Notes: generated by a model not told the origin, from the sequence alone. 64,000 nt of DNA from a bacterium (GCA_963675755.2 CAXXMD010000002.1:2016001-2080000), one strand, 5' to 3'; positions 46,405 to 56,932 are shown, counted from the first letter of the stretch. Translations and numbers: made by a program.

Positions 46405-48117
46405 TCACCATCCCGCAATCTTGAATTTCACAATTTCTTTTGGTGTCAACTTTTTACTCCCCCTTGCTTTCTGTATTGATTCCACATATGCTTTATCTAC
46501 ACCATGAATCTTAAAATCTATCAACTCGGATATCGTAACACCAGTCAATCCTGTTGAATGAATGTCTCTAATATAATCAGGATCAATGCCATGTATTTTC
46601 ATTTCTATTAGCTTTGACTTTGTCATATTTTTATACCCATATTCTCCAAGCACGGTAATCAGTTCCGGATCAAATCCCTGTATCTTGAAATCAACAACAT
46701 CCGATAAAGTTACATTTTTCAATCCTGCATTCTGAAGTTCTCTAACATAGTCCGGAGATACTCCATGAATTTTCATTTCTATAATTCTCGAATACTTAAT
46801 ATCTGCAAAACCCAGTTTTACAAAAGCTTTAACATATGAAGGCTCTACACCATGAATTTTAAATTCCTCCAACTGTTCAAGTGTTAAATCTTCAAGCCCT
46901 GTCTTGTGCATTTCCACAATATAGTCCGGTTTTACTCCATGGATTGTCAGATCTACAACGGTAGATGCGGGTATATCTGTATAACCCAGTTCAGCAAGTG
47001 CTTTTAACAATTCAGGTTCCACACCATGGATTTTGAATTCAACGAGTTTCGATATGGGTAGTGCTTCAAAGCCCATCTGCTGCATCTCGCGAATGTACTG
47101 CGGACGAATGCCCTGAATTTTCAATTGCACAATTTCAGAGTTTTTAATATGATCATACCCCAAAGCCGTAATTTCTTTAACAAATCTGGGCTCTACTCCA
47201 TGTATTTTAAATTCAGTCAATTGATCAAGAGTAAAATTTTTTAATCCCGCATTGTGCATCTCTTTAATATAATCCGGCGAAACACCCTGTATTGTCAAAT
47301 CAACAACTTTGGAAGGAGAAATATCATGATAGCCCAATTCATCCAATGTTTTTACCAACTCGGGTTTTACACCATGTATTTTAAATTCAACCAGCTTTGA
47401 TATTGACAGTTGATGAAAACCGGCAATATCCATTTCCTGTATATAATCTGCACTGACACCATGAATCTTGAACGCAACCAGATCTTCAGCATCCACATTT
47501 TTATATCCCATATTCGCAAGAGATTGAATAAATTCCAAACTCACCCCATGAATCCGAAAACTGATCAAATCATCTGCACTCAAATCCCGATATCCATACT
47601 GATGGAGCGATTTAATAAAGTCTATACTAATACTAAATATTGCAAAAGAAACCAGGTCTTTGCTGCTGATTCTATTATATCCGAGTTTTTTTAAATCATG
47701 AACATATTTTTTATCAATATTACCAAGGCACAAATGCATCAACTGTGTGTCTGACACATCACCGGAAAGGCTCTTTTGTAAAAAGGATTTAAATTCAGCA
47801 TTCGGAATAAATTCAAACAATCCAAAGCCTTTGTCTTTACTTGTTCTGCCATCCAATATCAATTTGCCGGCATCACTTTGCAGATAAAACGGACCCTCAC
47901 TATTCGTATTTAAATTTTGAAAATCTTTAAAGCTGAACAATCCGTTGGTTTCCCACTCTTTCATACCAGACCAGGATCGCTCATTAAACATCAGTTTCAA
48001 TTTCAAACTATCATCATTGAATTTTGCTACCCAATCACCATGAATTGAACCGGCAAACAATTCTGTTGAAATAAACAACAAAAATAATCCCATTTGTATC
48101 ATTATATGTTTTTTCAT
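46405..48117 (-). CDS. Secreted protein with about 15 helical 29-aa repeats
   Basis: Repeat GY.DI....LV.FKIHGV.P.YI.EM. Signal peptide from ATG 48117. Confidence 0.8.
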   Translation of the reverse strand: MKKHIMIQMGLFLLFISTELFAGSIHGDWVAKFNDDSLKLKLMFNERSWSGMKEWETNGLFSFKDFQNLNTNSEGPFYLQSDAGKLILDGRTSKDKGFGLFEFIPNAEFKSFLQKSLSGDVSDTQLMHLCLGNIDKKYVHDLKKLGYNRISSKDLVSFAIFSISIDFIKSLHQYGYRDLSADDLISFRIHGVSLEFIQSLANMGYKNVDAEDLVAFKIHGVSADYIQEMDIAGFHQLSISKLVEFKIHGVKPELVKTLDELGYHDISPSKVVDLTIQGVSPDYIKEMHNAGLKNFTLDQLTEFKIHGVEPRFVKEITALGYDHIKNSEIVQLKIQGIRPQYIREMQQMGFEALPISKLVEFKIHGVEPELLKALAELGYTDIPASTVVDLTIHGVKPDYIVEMHKTGLEDLTLEQLEEFKIHGVEPSYVKAFVKLGFADIKYSRIIEMKIHGVSPDYVRELQNAGLKNVTLSDVVDFKIQGFDPELITVLGEYGYKNMTKSKLIEMKIHGIDPDYIRDIHSTGLTGVTISELIDFKIHGVDKAYVESIQKARGSKKLTPKEIVKFKIAGW

Positions 48118-48196
48118 AACATTCTCATCAATTATAAAATTACTGGTTTCCTGCAGGCCGAGTTTCAATAATATAAACCAGTGTTCCTTCCAAAAG

Positions 48197-48994
48197 TTAC
48201 AACAAGGTCAGAATGCTTTTCTCAATTTTATCCCGTACGTTCTGATCAAGATCACGATTAGCAAGAAGCTGCTCAAACGAGTATATCGATTCTTTTTCAT
48301 GCAAAGATACCATAATATCCGCCAGCATCAACAATACCTGTGGGTTCTTTTGAACATTTATGGCATGCACCAATCCTTCCCTCACCATAGGGTAATCACT
48401 GAACCGTGCCAACGACTGTGCTGCCATTAACCTCACATCAATGTTGGTATCATTATTCAAGGTCATAAGCAACGCATGCACAATAGCTACGCCCAAAGTA
48501 TCCAGATCACTTACTCTGCTTACACCTTGCAGCCGCTGCATCGCAGATGGATGCTGGATCAACGTCAGAGTCACGAGCTGTTTCATATCTCGCATTTCGG
48601 TTTGCATGGTGTTTAAACGGTGCTCATAATTTGTCTGGGGCGTAAACCGCCCTCCCAAAAACCAACCTGACATCAAAAGTACAAGACTATATACCGCAAC
48701 TGCAAACACTTTGGGAGAAAAATCAAAAAAAGCTTTTAATCCCATAAATCCATTCATAAATCTCTCGCTCTTGTGTTCCTGCATTGCGAGCATATCATAA
48801 AAGCGTGTATCCATTCTCTCACTGGGTTCAGGTACGTTGAGCTTTTCCAGATTTTCATTCACAGATACGAGAGATTCAAGCTCTTGCATATCGTAACCGG
48901 CTTTAATCAAAGCAGCCTCTAGCCGTTGTTGTTCATCAGAACCAGGACGGCTGTCCAGATATGCTATTACCAATAATTCTATATTTTTATCCAT
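48197..48994 (-). CDS. Anti-sigma factor with HEAT repeats
   Basis: N-terminal LVIAYLD, PEPS..MDTRFY.ML, one TM and LNNDTNIDVRLMAAQSL. Confidence 0.8.
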   Translation of the reverse strand: MDKNIELLVIAYLDSRPGSDEQQRLEAALIKAGYDMQELESLVSVNENLEKLNVPEPSERMDTRFYDMLAMQEHKSERFMNGFMGLKAFFDFSPKVFAVAVYSLVLLMSGWFLGGRFTPQTNYEHRLNTMQTEMRDMKQLVTLTLIQHPSAMQRLQGVSRVSDLDTLGVAIVHALLMTLNNDTNIDVRLMAAQSLARFSDYPMVREGLVHAINVQKNPQVLLMLADIMVSLHEKESIYSFEQLLANRDLDQNVRDKIEKSILTLL

Positions 48995-49538
48995 GATTTA
49001 TATCTTCCATTTGTAAATAAATATCTTTTAATTCATTCAACGCCCGGAACACCTTGATCTTGACGTTTCCTTCCGAGCAATTTAGAATCTTGCCTATCTC
49101 TTTATATTTCAATCCCTGATATTTACTTAATATTAATATTTCCCGTTTATCTTTGCCTAGCTTGTTCAGTGCTTTATCAAGCATTTGTAGATTTTCTTTT
49201 TGAATATAATGTGCATCATGATCAAAATCATCCTCCAGCCCGGCTTCCAGCATTTCAGGCATTTCCTTATACCGGTTGTTTTTGCGGGTGTGATCAACAA
49301 AAACATTGTGGGCTATCTGATACATCCATGCTGTAAAAGACCCATACCCTGAAAACTTTTGCCTGTATTTCAGTATACGCATAAATACATTCTGAACAAG
49401 GTCTTCGCTGCTTTGATGGTCCCGCGTTAGACGAAAAAAATACGCAAACAAATTCTGTTTATAACGTTCAAACAGAATTGCCAGCTTTTCTGTCTCTCCG
49501 GATTTTACCCAAAGCATGATCTCGATATCGGAATACAG
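48987..49538 (-). CDS. ECF sigma-70 factor
   Basis: LFERY, SEDLVQNVF, FTAWMYQIAHN and GLKYKEIG..VKIKVFRA. Proposed CTG start at 49538; the first ATG is 49517. Confidence 0.92.
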   Translation of the reverse strand: MYSDIEIMLWVKSGETEKLAILFERYKQNLFAYFFRLTRDHQSSEDLVQNVFMRILKYRQKFSGYGSFTAWMYQIAHNVFVDHTRKNNRYKEMPEMLEAGLEDDFDHDAHYIQKENLQMLDKALNKLGKDKREILILSKYQGLKYKEIGKILNCSEGNVKIKVFRALNELKDIYLQMEDINHG

Positions 49539-49580
49539 TCCTGACCTCCAATTATAATAATATCAAATATTGATATTTTT

Positions 49581-49610
49581 ATAAACTGTTCTTTATTGAA
49601 AAGGTTACAC
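49581..49610 (-). promoter_or_regulatory. Candidate ECF-type autoregulatory promoter
   Basis: Minus strand GTGTAACC-ttttcaataaagaa-CAGTTT: an AAC-containing -35 element and a GT-containing -10 element. Confidence 0.5.
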
Positions 49611-49747
49611 AAAACTCTTATAATTCTTACTGACTACAAATATTTTTCATTTCTATAATACCAAAATTTTTTCTATATTTACACACTTTTTTGTGGGTCA
49701 AATCAATTTATATTAAAACAATATTCAAGCGAATACCGGGAGTACGA

Positions 49748-50287
49748 ATGCGTAAATCCAAAACAGTATTATTTATCATCTATATATTATTTTTATCATC
49801 CACAGCTTTTTCACAATATTATAATAACAGCGAAAAAGGAAATCTGGGGCTGGGTGTACAGCTCAGTTATCCTTTCTACGGAGTCAGCGCGCAGTTGAAT
49901 TTTATTGATAGAATAGGTATCCAGGGGATTTTTGGATTAAATTCAGACATTAAATCTTACAGCGGTAAATTATCCTATAATGTAATACACAATTATAATT
50001 ACAATTTCTACGTCTATGGTGTTTATGGACGCTACGAATATACAGATTGGGCTATTACCGGATTTTTTTTATTGGAAGAGATTACGGAAAAAGAGAATGG
50101 ATACGGCTTTGGATTTGGAGTTGATACCAATTATCTAAGCAACAAGGCCCTCGTCCCGGTATGGGCCAATTTTGAAGTGGGTTATGGTTATGTGGATTTC
50201 CAATACCTGAATTTTGACACTCCGGCCATTACAATAGGAGTAGGGCTGCATTACTATTTTGATTTCAGCAATTCTTCAAATTTCTAA
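49748..50287 (+). CDS. Small outer-membrane beta-barrel protein
   Basis: Signal peptide, GLGVQL and IGVGLHYYF. Confidence 0.65.
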   Translation: MRKSKTVLFIIYILFLSSTAFSQYYNNSEKGNLGLGVQLSYPFYGVSAQLNFIDRIGIQGIFGLNSDIKSYSGKLSYNVIHNYNYNFYVYGVYGRYEYTDWAITGFFLLEEITEKENGYGFGFGVDTNYLSNKALVPVWANFEVGYGYVDFQYLNFDTPAITIGVGLHYYFDFSNSSNF

Positions 50288-50356
50288 CTATCTCTCTTTA
50301 CTTTACTCTTGATTTACTGCATTTCATAGAGTATAATATATAAACGGGAGGTTTTG

Positions 50357-52054
50357 ATGAAAATAACCAGGCAACTCATACTTTTAATATTTTTCCTGAT
50401 CTCAAATACATTTGCTGTTGGCGGCAGAACTCCTGTCTATGCTGAAAAAGGGATGGTGGTTACCAGTTCTCAACCCGCTTCTCTGGCAGGCCTCAATATT
50501 CTTAAAAATGGTGGAAATGCCATAGATGCTGCAGTTGCAACCGCGTTTGCCATGTCAGTCACCTGGCCCCCCGCAGGGAATATCGCCGGGGGTGGCTTTA
50601 TGGTTATACATTTCCCCGATGGCAAAGTAACAACGATAGACTTTCGGGAAAAAGCCCCTCTCGCCTCTACTGAAAACATGTATCTCGATAAAAATGGCAA
50701 GATTAAAAATAACAGCAATCATGACGGATTACTTGCAGTGGGTGTACCCGGCACAGTAGCCGGCCTTTGGTTGGCACACCAAAAATATGGCAGTACATCC
50801 TGGAGTGATCTTTTATCGCCCGCAATTGATCTTGCGGAAAACGGATTTCCCATGCCTCGTTCTGTTTATAATGATGTAACAGGATATCTTGCCCCCTATC
50901 TCAATCAATGGCAATCAACCAAAGCCATCTTTTATAAAGACGACAATTCTCCGGTTAATCCCGGAGAAAACTGGCAGCAGCCGGATCTGGCCGCTACGCT
51001 CAAACGCATCCAGGAAAAAGGACACGATGGCTTTTACAAAGGAGAAACCGCGCAAAAACTGGCAGCATTCATGCGTGAAAATGGGGGTATCATCACCGAA
51101 CAGGACCTTTTATCTTATCAGGCTGTCGAACGGAAACCGATCCACGGCACCTACAGGGAATACGATATTTATTCAATGCCCCCGCCAAGTTCCGGCGGTG
51201 TTGCTATTGTTGAAATGTTAAACATGCTCGAGTCATACAACCTGGTTGAAATGGGGCACAATTCAGCGCAATATCTCCATTTATTAACCGAAGTTATGCG
51301 ACGTACCTTTGCAGACCGCGCCCAATATTTGGGTGATTCGGATTTTAATCCCAATATTTCCCTTGAAATGCTTTTATCAAAAGAACATGCCGGTGAATTA
51401 AGAAAAACAATAGATCTCAACACTGCATCAAAAAGCGATTCTGCTCTGTTCAATCAGGCTTATGAAAGTGATCAAACCACCCACTTTGTTGTCATTGATA
51501 AACAGGGTACTGCTGTTTCACTAACCTATACACTTGAACAAAGCTATGGTTCAAAAATCGTTGCTGATGGATTGGGCTTTCTGCTCAATAATGAGATGGG
51601 TGATTTTAATCCGGTACCTGGCATAACAAACACAAAAGGACAAATCGGTACTCCTCCAAACCGAATTGCACCGGAAAAGCGTATGCTTTCCAGTATGTCT
51701 CCCACCATAGTTGCCAGAAACGGCAAACCGGTGCTGTTAATCGGTAGTCCCGGTGGACGGACCATCATCAATACGGTTCTTCAGGTAATTTTAAACACAT
51801 TGGATCATAAAATGAATGTTGCACAAGCCATTGAAGCCGGACGAATGCACCATCAATGGCTGCCTGATGTAACCCGGTTTGAAAAATTTGGTATCTCACC
51901 AGACACCAAATCCCTGTATGAAAACATGGGTCATCAATGCCAGTGGATTAGTTCACAGGGCTGTGCTATGGGCATAATGCTGGATCCCGAAACCGGAACC
52001 ATCTCCGGTGCGGCTGACTCACGTAGCCCCGAGGGCTGGGCAGCGGGTTATTAA
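50357..52054 (+). CDS. ggt: Gamma-glutamyltranspeptidase (canonical clade)
   Basis: IDFREKAP, nucleophile QTTHF, LNNEMGDF, RMLSSMSPT and GSPGG. Confidence 0.95.
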   Translation: MKITRQLILLIFFLISNTFAVGGRTPVYAEKGMVVTSSQPASLAGLNILKNGGNAIDAAVATAFAMSVTWPPAGNIAGGGFMVIHFPDGKVTTIDFREKAPLASTENMYLDKNGKIKNNSNHDGLLAVGVPGTVAGLWLAHQKYGSTSWSDLLSPAIDLAENGFPMPRSVYNDVTGYLAPYLNQWQSTKAIFYKDDNSPVNPGENWQQPDLAATLKRIQEKGHDGFYKGETAQKLAAFMRENGGIITEQDLLSYQAVERKPIHGTYREYDIYSMPPPSSGGVAIVEMLNMLESYNLVEMGHNSAQYLHLLTEVMRRTFADRAQYLGDSDFNPNISLEMLLSKEHAGELRKTIDLNTASKSDSALFNQAYESDQTTHFVVIDKQGTAVSLTYTLEQSYGSKIVADGLGFLLNNEMGDFNPVPGITNTKGQIGTPPNRIAPEKRMLSSMSPTIVARNGKPVLLIGSPGGRTIINTVLQVILNTLDHKMNVAQAIEAGRMHHQWLPDVTRFEKFGISPDTKSLYENMGHQCQWISSQGCAMGIMLDPETGTISGAADSRSPEGWAAGY

Positions 52055-52109
52055 CAAGCTAACTTGATTTCAATTCAAAAAAACAATTACACAGTTTTTT
52101 AAATAGTAA

Positions 52110-52958
52110 ATGATTGGGAAACATGTGAATATATGCAAAATGGGTATCGACCTGGGTGGGACAAAACTTTTGTGTTTTGCCAATAATGGCAAACATGATT
52201 TTCAAGAAAAATTCACAACAGGAAGATCCACAACAATAGAACAGATAAATACTTTTATTTCAGAATTTATCACAAAACACAAGATTAATCCTGAAATAAT
52301 TGGCATTGCAATTCCAGGTTTAATTGAAAACAACTCACTCATCATCGAATCAGATGTCTTACCAGATCTCAATAATTATAAAAGCAGCGATTTCCTTCCG
52401 GAATTTCGTATACCCAAAATTTTGATCAATGATGTAGATGCTTCCGCTATTTATGCTAAAATACAATATCCAGACAAGGAATTTATCCTTTCTGTAATGG
52501 CGGGGACAGGCATTGGTCTGGGTATTCACATCAATAACAAGCTTTACAAAGGTAGAAATGGGTTTGCAGGTGAGTTGGGGTACATGCCACTCCCCACATT
52601 GAATGGAACAAAAAATCTCGACCAACTTGCCTCGGGATCTTTTATACTTGAATCCTGTACTGGTGATGCAGCAACCCTATCACGTGCCTTAGAGTCAAAT
52701 GATTCGAATGCTGTACAAATAATTGACAGAGCAGCTACTCATCTGGGTATTGCCCTTGCCGGTATAGTAAACATCTTGAATCCTGATTTGCTGGCAATTG
52801 GGGGAGGTACATGTAGATTCCTGAATTATTTTGAGATTTGCAAGAACACGGTAATTAACAACACGAATCCTTTTCTTTTAAAAGATCTTGATATTGTATT
52901 AATTGAAACAAATTTCAATGTGGCTAAAGGTGCTTTACATTTTGCTCAATCACAATAA
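52110..52958 (+). CDS. ROK-family sugar kinase
   Basis: GIDLGGTK, INDVDA, GTGIG and AGELG. No N-terminal HTH. Confidence 0.88.
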   Translation: MIGKHVNICKMGIDLGGTKLLCFANNGKHDFQEKFTTGRSTTIEQINTFISEFITKHKINPEIIGIAIPGLIENNSLIIESDVLPDLNNYKSSDFLPEFRIPKILINDVDASAIYAKIQYPDKEFILSVMAGTGIGLGIHINNKLYKGRNGFAGELGYMPLPTLNGTKNLDQLASGSFILESCTGDAATLSRALESNDSNAVQIIDRAATHLGIALAGIVNILNPDLLAIGGGTCRFLNYFEICKNTVINNTNPFLLKDLDIVLIETNFNVAKGALHFAQSQ

Positions 52959-53040
52959 AGTATTTGAAAATAATCTAAATTCTATTTTAATTGTATAACG
53001 GATAGTTTTTTATTACTGTAAAACAAAAAGGACTAATCCT

Positions 53041-54207
53041 ATGAAACCAATTCCATTAACCCCAATAGAATATATTTTTACCGGCGCTGGTTCTCAGCCC
53101 ATTACCTTTGCGTTCTATTACAAAGAGCAGCTGAATCCGGAACGGCTCATGGCCCATTTAAAAGAAACGCTGGAACAGTTTCCCATTCTATCCAGCAGAC
53201 TCGTTAAAATCTCAGAACAGGAATACGGTTTTAAACAAGACCCAGATGCTCTTACATTCACAATTCGTGATTCAGGACCTGATTTTGATGAAACATCAAG
53301 TGTTCTGAACTATATTGAACCGATCCAAACCATTGAGGATGCTCCTCTCTCACGCATCACATTAACACAAACAGAAAAAGGTTCTGTTCTAGCAGCTAGT
53401 ATCTCTCACGCCCTGGTAGATGGATTCAGCTTTTTCCATTTTTTATCAACCTGGGCCAGAAATACCCGCCAGGATCGTTCACTGCCACCTTCTCTTGACC
53501 GTAATACATTTAACCATCACCTGCATTCCAATCCCTTTGCAAAAATTACAGCTAAAAACATTCTTGAACAGAGTGGTCTATTTTTCGGTGAAAAACGAAA
53601 CGATACCGATCCATTGTCCGTTCAGGAAGAAAGAGAATTTATTTCCATAGAAACTATCCGAACACATTTGCTCAAATTCAAAAAAACCAATCCAGATGTT
53701 TCATTAACCGAAAATGACATCATAACCGCAATGTTGTGGCAAAAATATGTGCCCCAATGGTGTGATACAACTATACCTGAAACGTTTATAACCTGCCCTG
53801 TCGATTTACGCCGGGTTGTTAAACCACTTTCCAGAAATTACCTGGGCTGCGCCATAGCGTTTGCCACTGCGTCTATGAAACTTGAGGATTTAAAAAATAA
53901 ATCCATTGGCGAAATTGCAGTAATTGTCAAAAATGCTGTCAAAAGTATCAACACAGATACTGCTATAACAGCCATGCAAACGTTGGATATGTTTAGAAAA
54001 GAAAACGGCCCACAGGCTTTTGAACATTTGCATCTCTGTCACCCCGGAAACGGTATGATTGTCACAAATCTAACCAGAATGCCGGTTCAGGATATCAACT
54101 TTACAGGTTCAGGACCCAAAGGTTATCTCACTTTTACCGATGTTTCCGGAGGTGCTGCAATACTTGCATCTGAAGATGGTGTTGAAGTTTTGGTATCAAT
54201 GCCCTAA
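53041..54207 (+). CDS. CoA-dependent acyltransferase (BAHD/transferase-like)
   Basis: HxxxD motif SHALVDG, L..FPILSSRL, PVDLRR, NYLGC and a DINF(T)G tail. Confidence 0.8.
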   Translation: MKPIPLTPIEYIFTGAGSQPITFAFYYKEQLNPERLMAHLKETLEQFPILSSRLVKISEQEYGFKQDPDALTFTIRDSGPDFDETSSVLNYIEPIQTIEDAPLSRITLTQTEKGSVLAASISHALVDGFSFFHFLSTWARNTRQDRSLPPSLDRNTFNHHLHSNPFAKITAKNILEQSGLFFGEKRNDTDPLSVQEEREFISIETIRTHLLKFKKTNPDVSLTENDIITAMLWQKYVPQWCDTTIPETFITCPVDLRRVVKPLSRNYLGCAIAFATASMKLEDLKNKSIGEIAVIVKNAVKSINTDTAITAMQTLDMFRKENGPQAFEHLHLCHPGNGMIVTNLTRMPVQDINFTGSGPKGYLTFTDVSGGAAILASEDGVEVLVSMP

Positions 54208-54266
54208 AACAGTAATTAATTATTTCAACTTTTGCTAATAATTAACCAAAATGAATCGAGGCAGCG

Positions 54267-55199
54267 ATGAACAAGTACTTGAAATATGTTTTCATACTCT
54301 CTTTAATTTTCACCTACACAAGCTGTCAAAAACAACAAACCTTAAATCCAGAACCTTCACCAATCAGCATTTCACTTGCCAGACCCAACTTTATTACGGT
54401 TTTAAACAGCAATCATCCCGGTAACAGGATCGGTTACCGGCTACACGAACACGAACCCATAACATATGGAGAGATCCCCTCAACGTTACAGGAAGCCAAT
54501 ATAGACACCCTGCAAATCAATGCTATTCTGAAAAAACTGGAAAAAGATACTACCTGCTTTATCTACAAACTGGAAGTAGAGCGAGACGTACATTGGGCAA
54601 AACAAACCTGGACATACTATTTAAAACCTGTTAATGATGGTATAGAATTATTCTGGCTGATCCAAACATATGATAAAGGATTACCCGAATATCATGGTGT
54701 ACAGCAATGTTTCCGTTTAGGCGGCCCCTCAAACAAAGAATGGAGAAGAGAAATTGCAAACACCCCTGCCTTTAGTGAATATGAATTATGGCAATCAGAC
54801 TCTACAAAATCTCTCACCTATGTAATCAGACATAATGAATGCCAGCAATTACCTGCTTTATCTCACACTGTGGGAGCCAGAACACCACTGGGTATCAGCA
54901 TAGATAACCTGCGTACAAATAATAATCCCATGGAATACGTTGGCCCTTATAAAGCAGAAATGCTTGCCCCAATTGACAATGGATTGATCTTTCGCAGCGA
55001 TACAACCAACACCTGGGTCTGTGGAATTTATTGGCAAAACACATCACACGTAACCAATCATCACCCGGCAGATTGTCTGCATGCCATTGTCAATATCGGT
55101 AATATTCCACCCTCGTCTAAAAGGCTCTTAAAAGGTAAAATATTTTGGTTTAAAGGAGATAGAACAACACTGATCAATATTTCAAACAATTTGTATTAA
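54267..55199 (+). CDS. Hypothetical lipoprotein
   Basis: Lipobox TSC; conserved-looking QQCFR and HHPADCLH motifs. Confidence 0.65.
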   Translation: MNKYLKYVFILSLIFTYTSCQKQQTLNPEPSPISISLARPNFITVLNSNHPGNRIGYRLHEHEPITYGEIPSTLQEANIDTLQINAILKKLEKDTTCFIYKLEVERDVHWAKQTWTYYLKPVNDGIELFWLIQTYDKGLPEYHGVQQCFRLGGPSNKEWRREIANTPAFSEYELWQSDSTKSLTYVIRHNECQQLPALSHTVGARTPLGISIDNLRTNNNPMEYVGPYKAEMLAPIDNGLIFRSDTTNTWVCGIYWQNTSHVTNHHPADCLHAIVNIGNIPPSSKRLLKGKIFWFKGDRTTLINISNNLY

Positions 55200-55327
55200 T
55201 CGGATTGAATCATGCCTGAAAAAACATGCAAATCCAAATTTTAATGTTTTTTCTTTGCTTTTATTCAACAAAAACAGTATACTAGATAACATTTGTAAAT
55301 GTAGTAGGCAGGGCCAAGTCGAAAAAA

Positions 55328-56890
55328 ATGGACAGAAAATACCCGTATATCATTTTTCTTATACTTGTCTGTTTTCTCTCTTGCAGTAACAGCTCAGTAG
55401 ATCCATGGAAAAGAGCACCTGAAATCCTCAAGAACATCAAAGCACCAGATTTTAGCAGTGTAGACTTTAACATAATAGATTATGGTGCAAGAGGAGATCA
55501 GAATTACGACTGCACAGAATCCATAAAACAGGCAATAATTGCATGTCATAAAGCCGGAGGTGGCAAAGTCATTGTTCCTGCCGGTATTTATATGACGGGC
55601 CCCATTCATTTAATGAGCAATGTCAATCTGCATCTTGAAGAAAATGCAGTCCTTAAATTCTATGTAGACCCCGAAAAATATCTCCCACTGGTACTCAGTC
55701 GCTGGGAAGGTGTAGAATTAATGAATTATTCTCCCCTTGTCTATGCATATGGTCAGGAAAATATTGCCATTTCAGGAAAAGGAACGCTGGATGGACAGGC
55801 AGGTAAAGGACGTTGGTGGGATTGGAGAAAAAATCCTACATGGGGCTGGCAGGAAGGCAAAGTTTCTCAGAGTGAAAACAGGAACATCCTGTTTGAAATG
55901 GCGGAAAATAAAGTTCCGGTCAAAGATCGAGTATTTCCAGATGGTTCACTACTCTCACCACCGTTCATTCAACTATACAATTGCAAAAGCATATTGATAG
56001 ATGGAATCACAATAGTCAATTCTCCCATGTGGCACTTGCACACAGTATTATCTCAAAACATTACAATACAGAACCTCAATATCAGCAGTTTTGGCCCCAA
56101 TAGCGATGGTTGTGTTGTGGAATCAAGTAAAAATGTACTCATACAAAACTGCAAAATTAGAACTCAAAACGATTGCATTTCATTAAAATCTGGCCGAAAC
56201 GAAGATGGTCGAAGAATTAATATACCAACAGAAAATATTGTTATAGACAACTGTAATCTGCAAAGCGGTATTGGTGCATTTACTATTGGCAGTGAAATGT
56301 CTGGCGGCATACAAAATGCGTTTATTGAAAATTGTCGAATGACCAGCCCCTATATGGAATTTGGAATCCGGCTAAAAAGCAATTCATTAAGAGGTGGATT
56401 TGTCCGTAATGTTCATTTTAAAAACATAGAAATCAATCAGGTTTCAAATGCTGTCATATACTTGAGTATGTATTATAATGAAGGAGATGCCGGCAATTAC
56501 AACCCAACAATAGAAAACTTTACATTTGAAAATATTAATAGCTATAAAAGCCGTTATGGATTAATATTGATGGGATACACAGATTCAGAAATATCCAACA
56601 TTCAATTCAAAAACTGTACTTTTCAGGATGTAGAGAATGGCAATTGTATTATTAATGTAAAAAATATAACCGCTATCAATACAACTACGAGTGGAGAAAA
56701 ACTGCCAGACATTGAAGAATTGAAAATGCCAAAACAAGTTACCAATACATTAAAAAAAGAAATGGGTAACGGTATCATCGAACGGTTAATGGTTCATACA
56801 CATAGTACAGGCGTTCAATATGAATTTAGGATACTTGCAAATGGTTCACGCAGATATGTTCTGATCAATCAGGACGGCAGGTTATTATAA
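55328..56890 (+). CDS. GH28 polygalacturonase-like lipoprotein with PepSY-like C-terminus
   Basis: TGPIHL.SNVNLHL, PNSDG, LKSGR, IGSEMSGG and RLKS. Catalytic motifs are altered (see findings). Confidence 0.88.
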   Translation: MDRKYPYIIFLILVCFLSCSNSSVDPWKRAPEILKNIKAPDFSSVDFNIIDYGARGDQNYDCTESIKQAIIACHKAGGGKVIVPAGIYMTGPIHLMSNVNLHLEENAVLKFYVDPEKYLPLVLSRWEGVELMNYSPLVYAYGQENIAISGKGTLDGQAGKGRWWDWRKNPTWGWQEGKVSQSENRNILFEMAENKVPVKDRVFPDGSLLSPPFIQLYNCKSILIDGITIVNSPMWHLHTVLSQNITIQNLNISSFGPNSDGCVVESSKNVLIQNCKIRTQNDCISLKSGRNEDGRRINIPTENIVIDNCNLQSGIGAFTIGSEMSGGIQNAFIENCRMTSPYMEFGIRLKSNSLRGGFVRNVHFKNIEINQVSNAVIYLSMYYNEGDAGNYNPTIENFTFENINSYKSRYGLILMGYTDSEISNIQFKNCTFQDVENGNCIINVKNITAINTTTSGEKLPDIEELKMPKQVTNTLKKEMGNGIIERLMVHTHSTGVQYEFRILANGSRRYVLINQDGRLL

Positions 56891-56932
56891 TCCAGTTTAA
56901 TCTCCCATCAAACAACTTATTCAGGGGCACCC

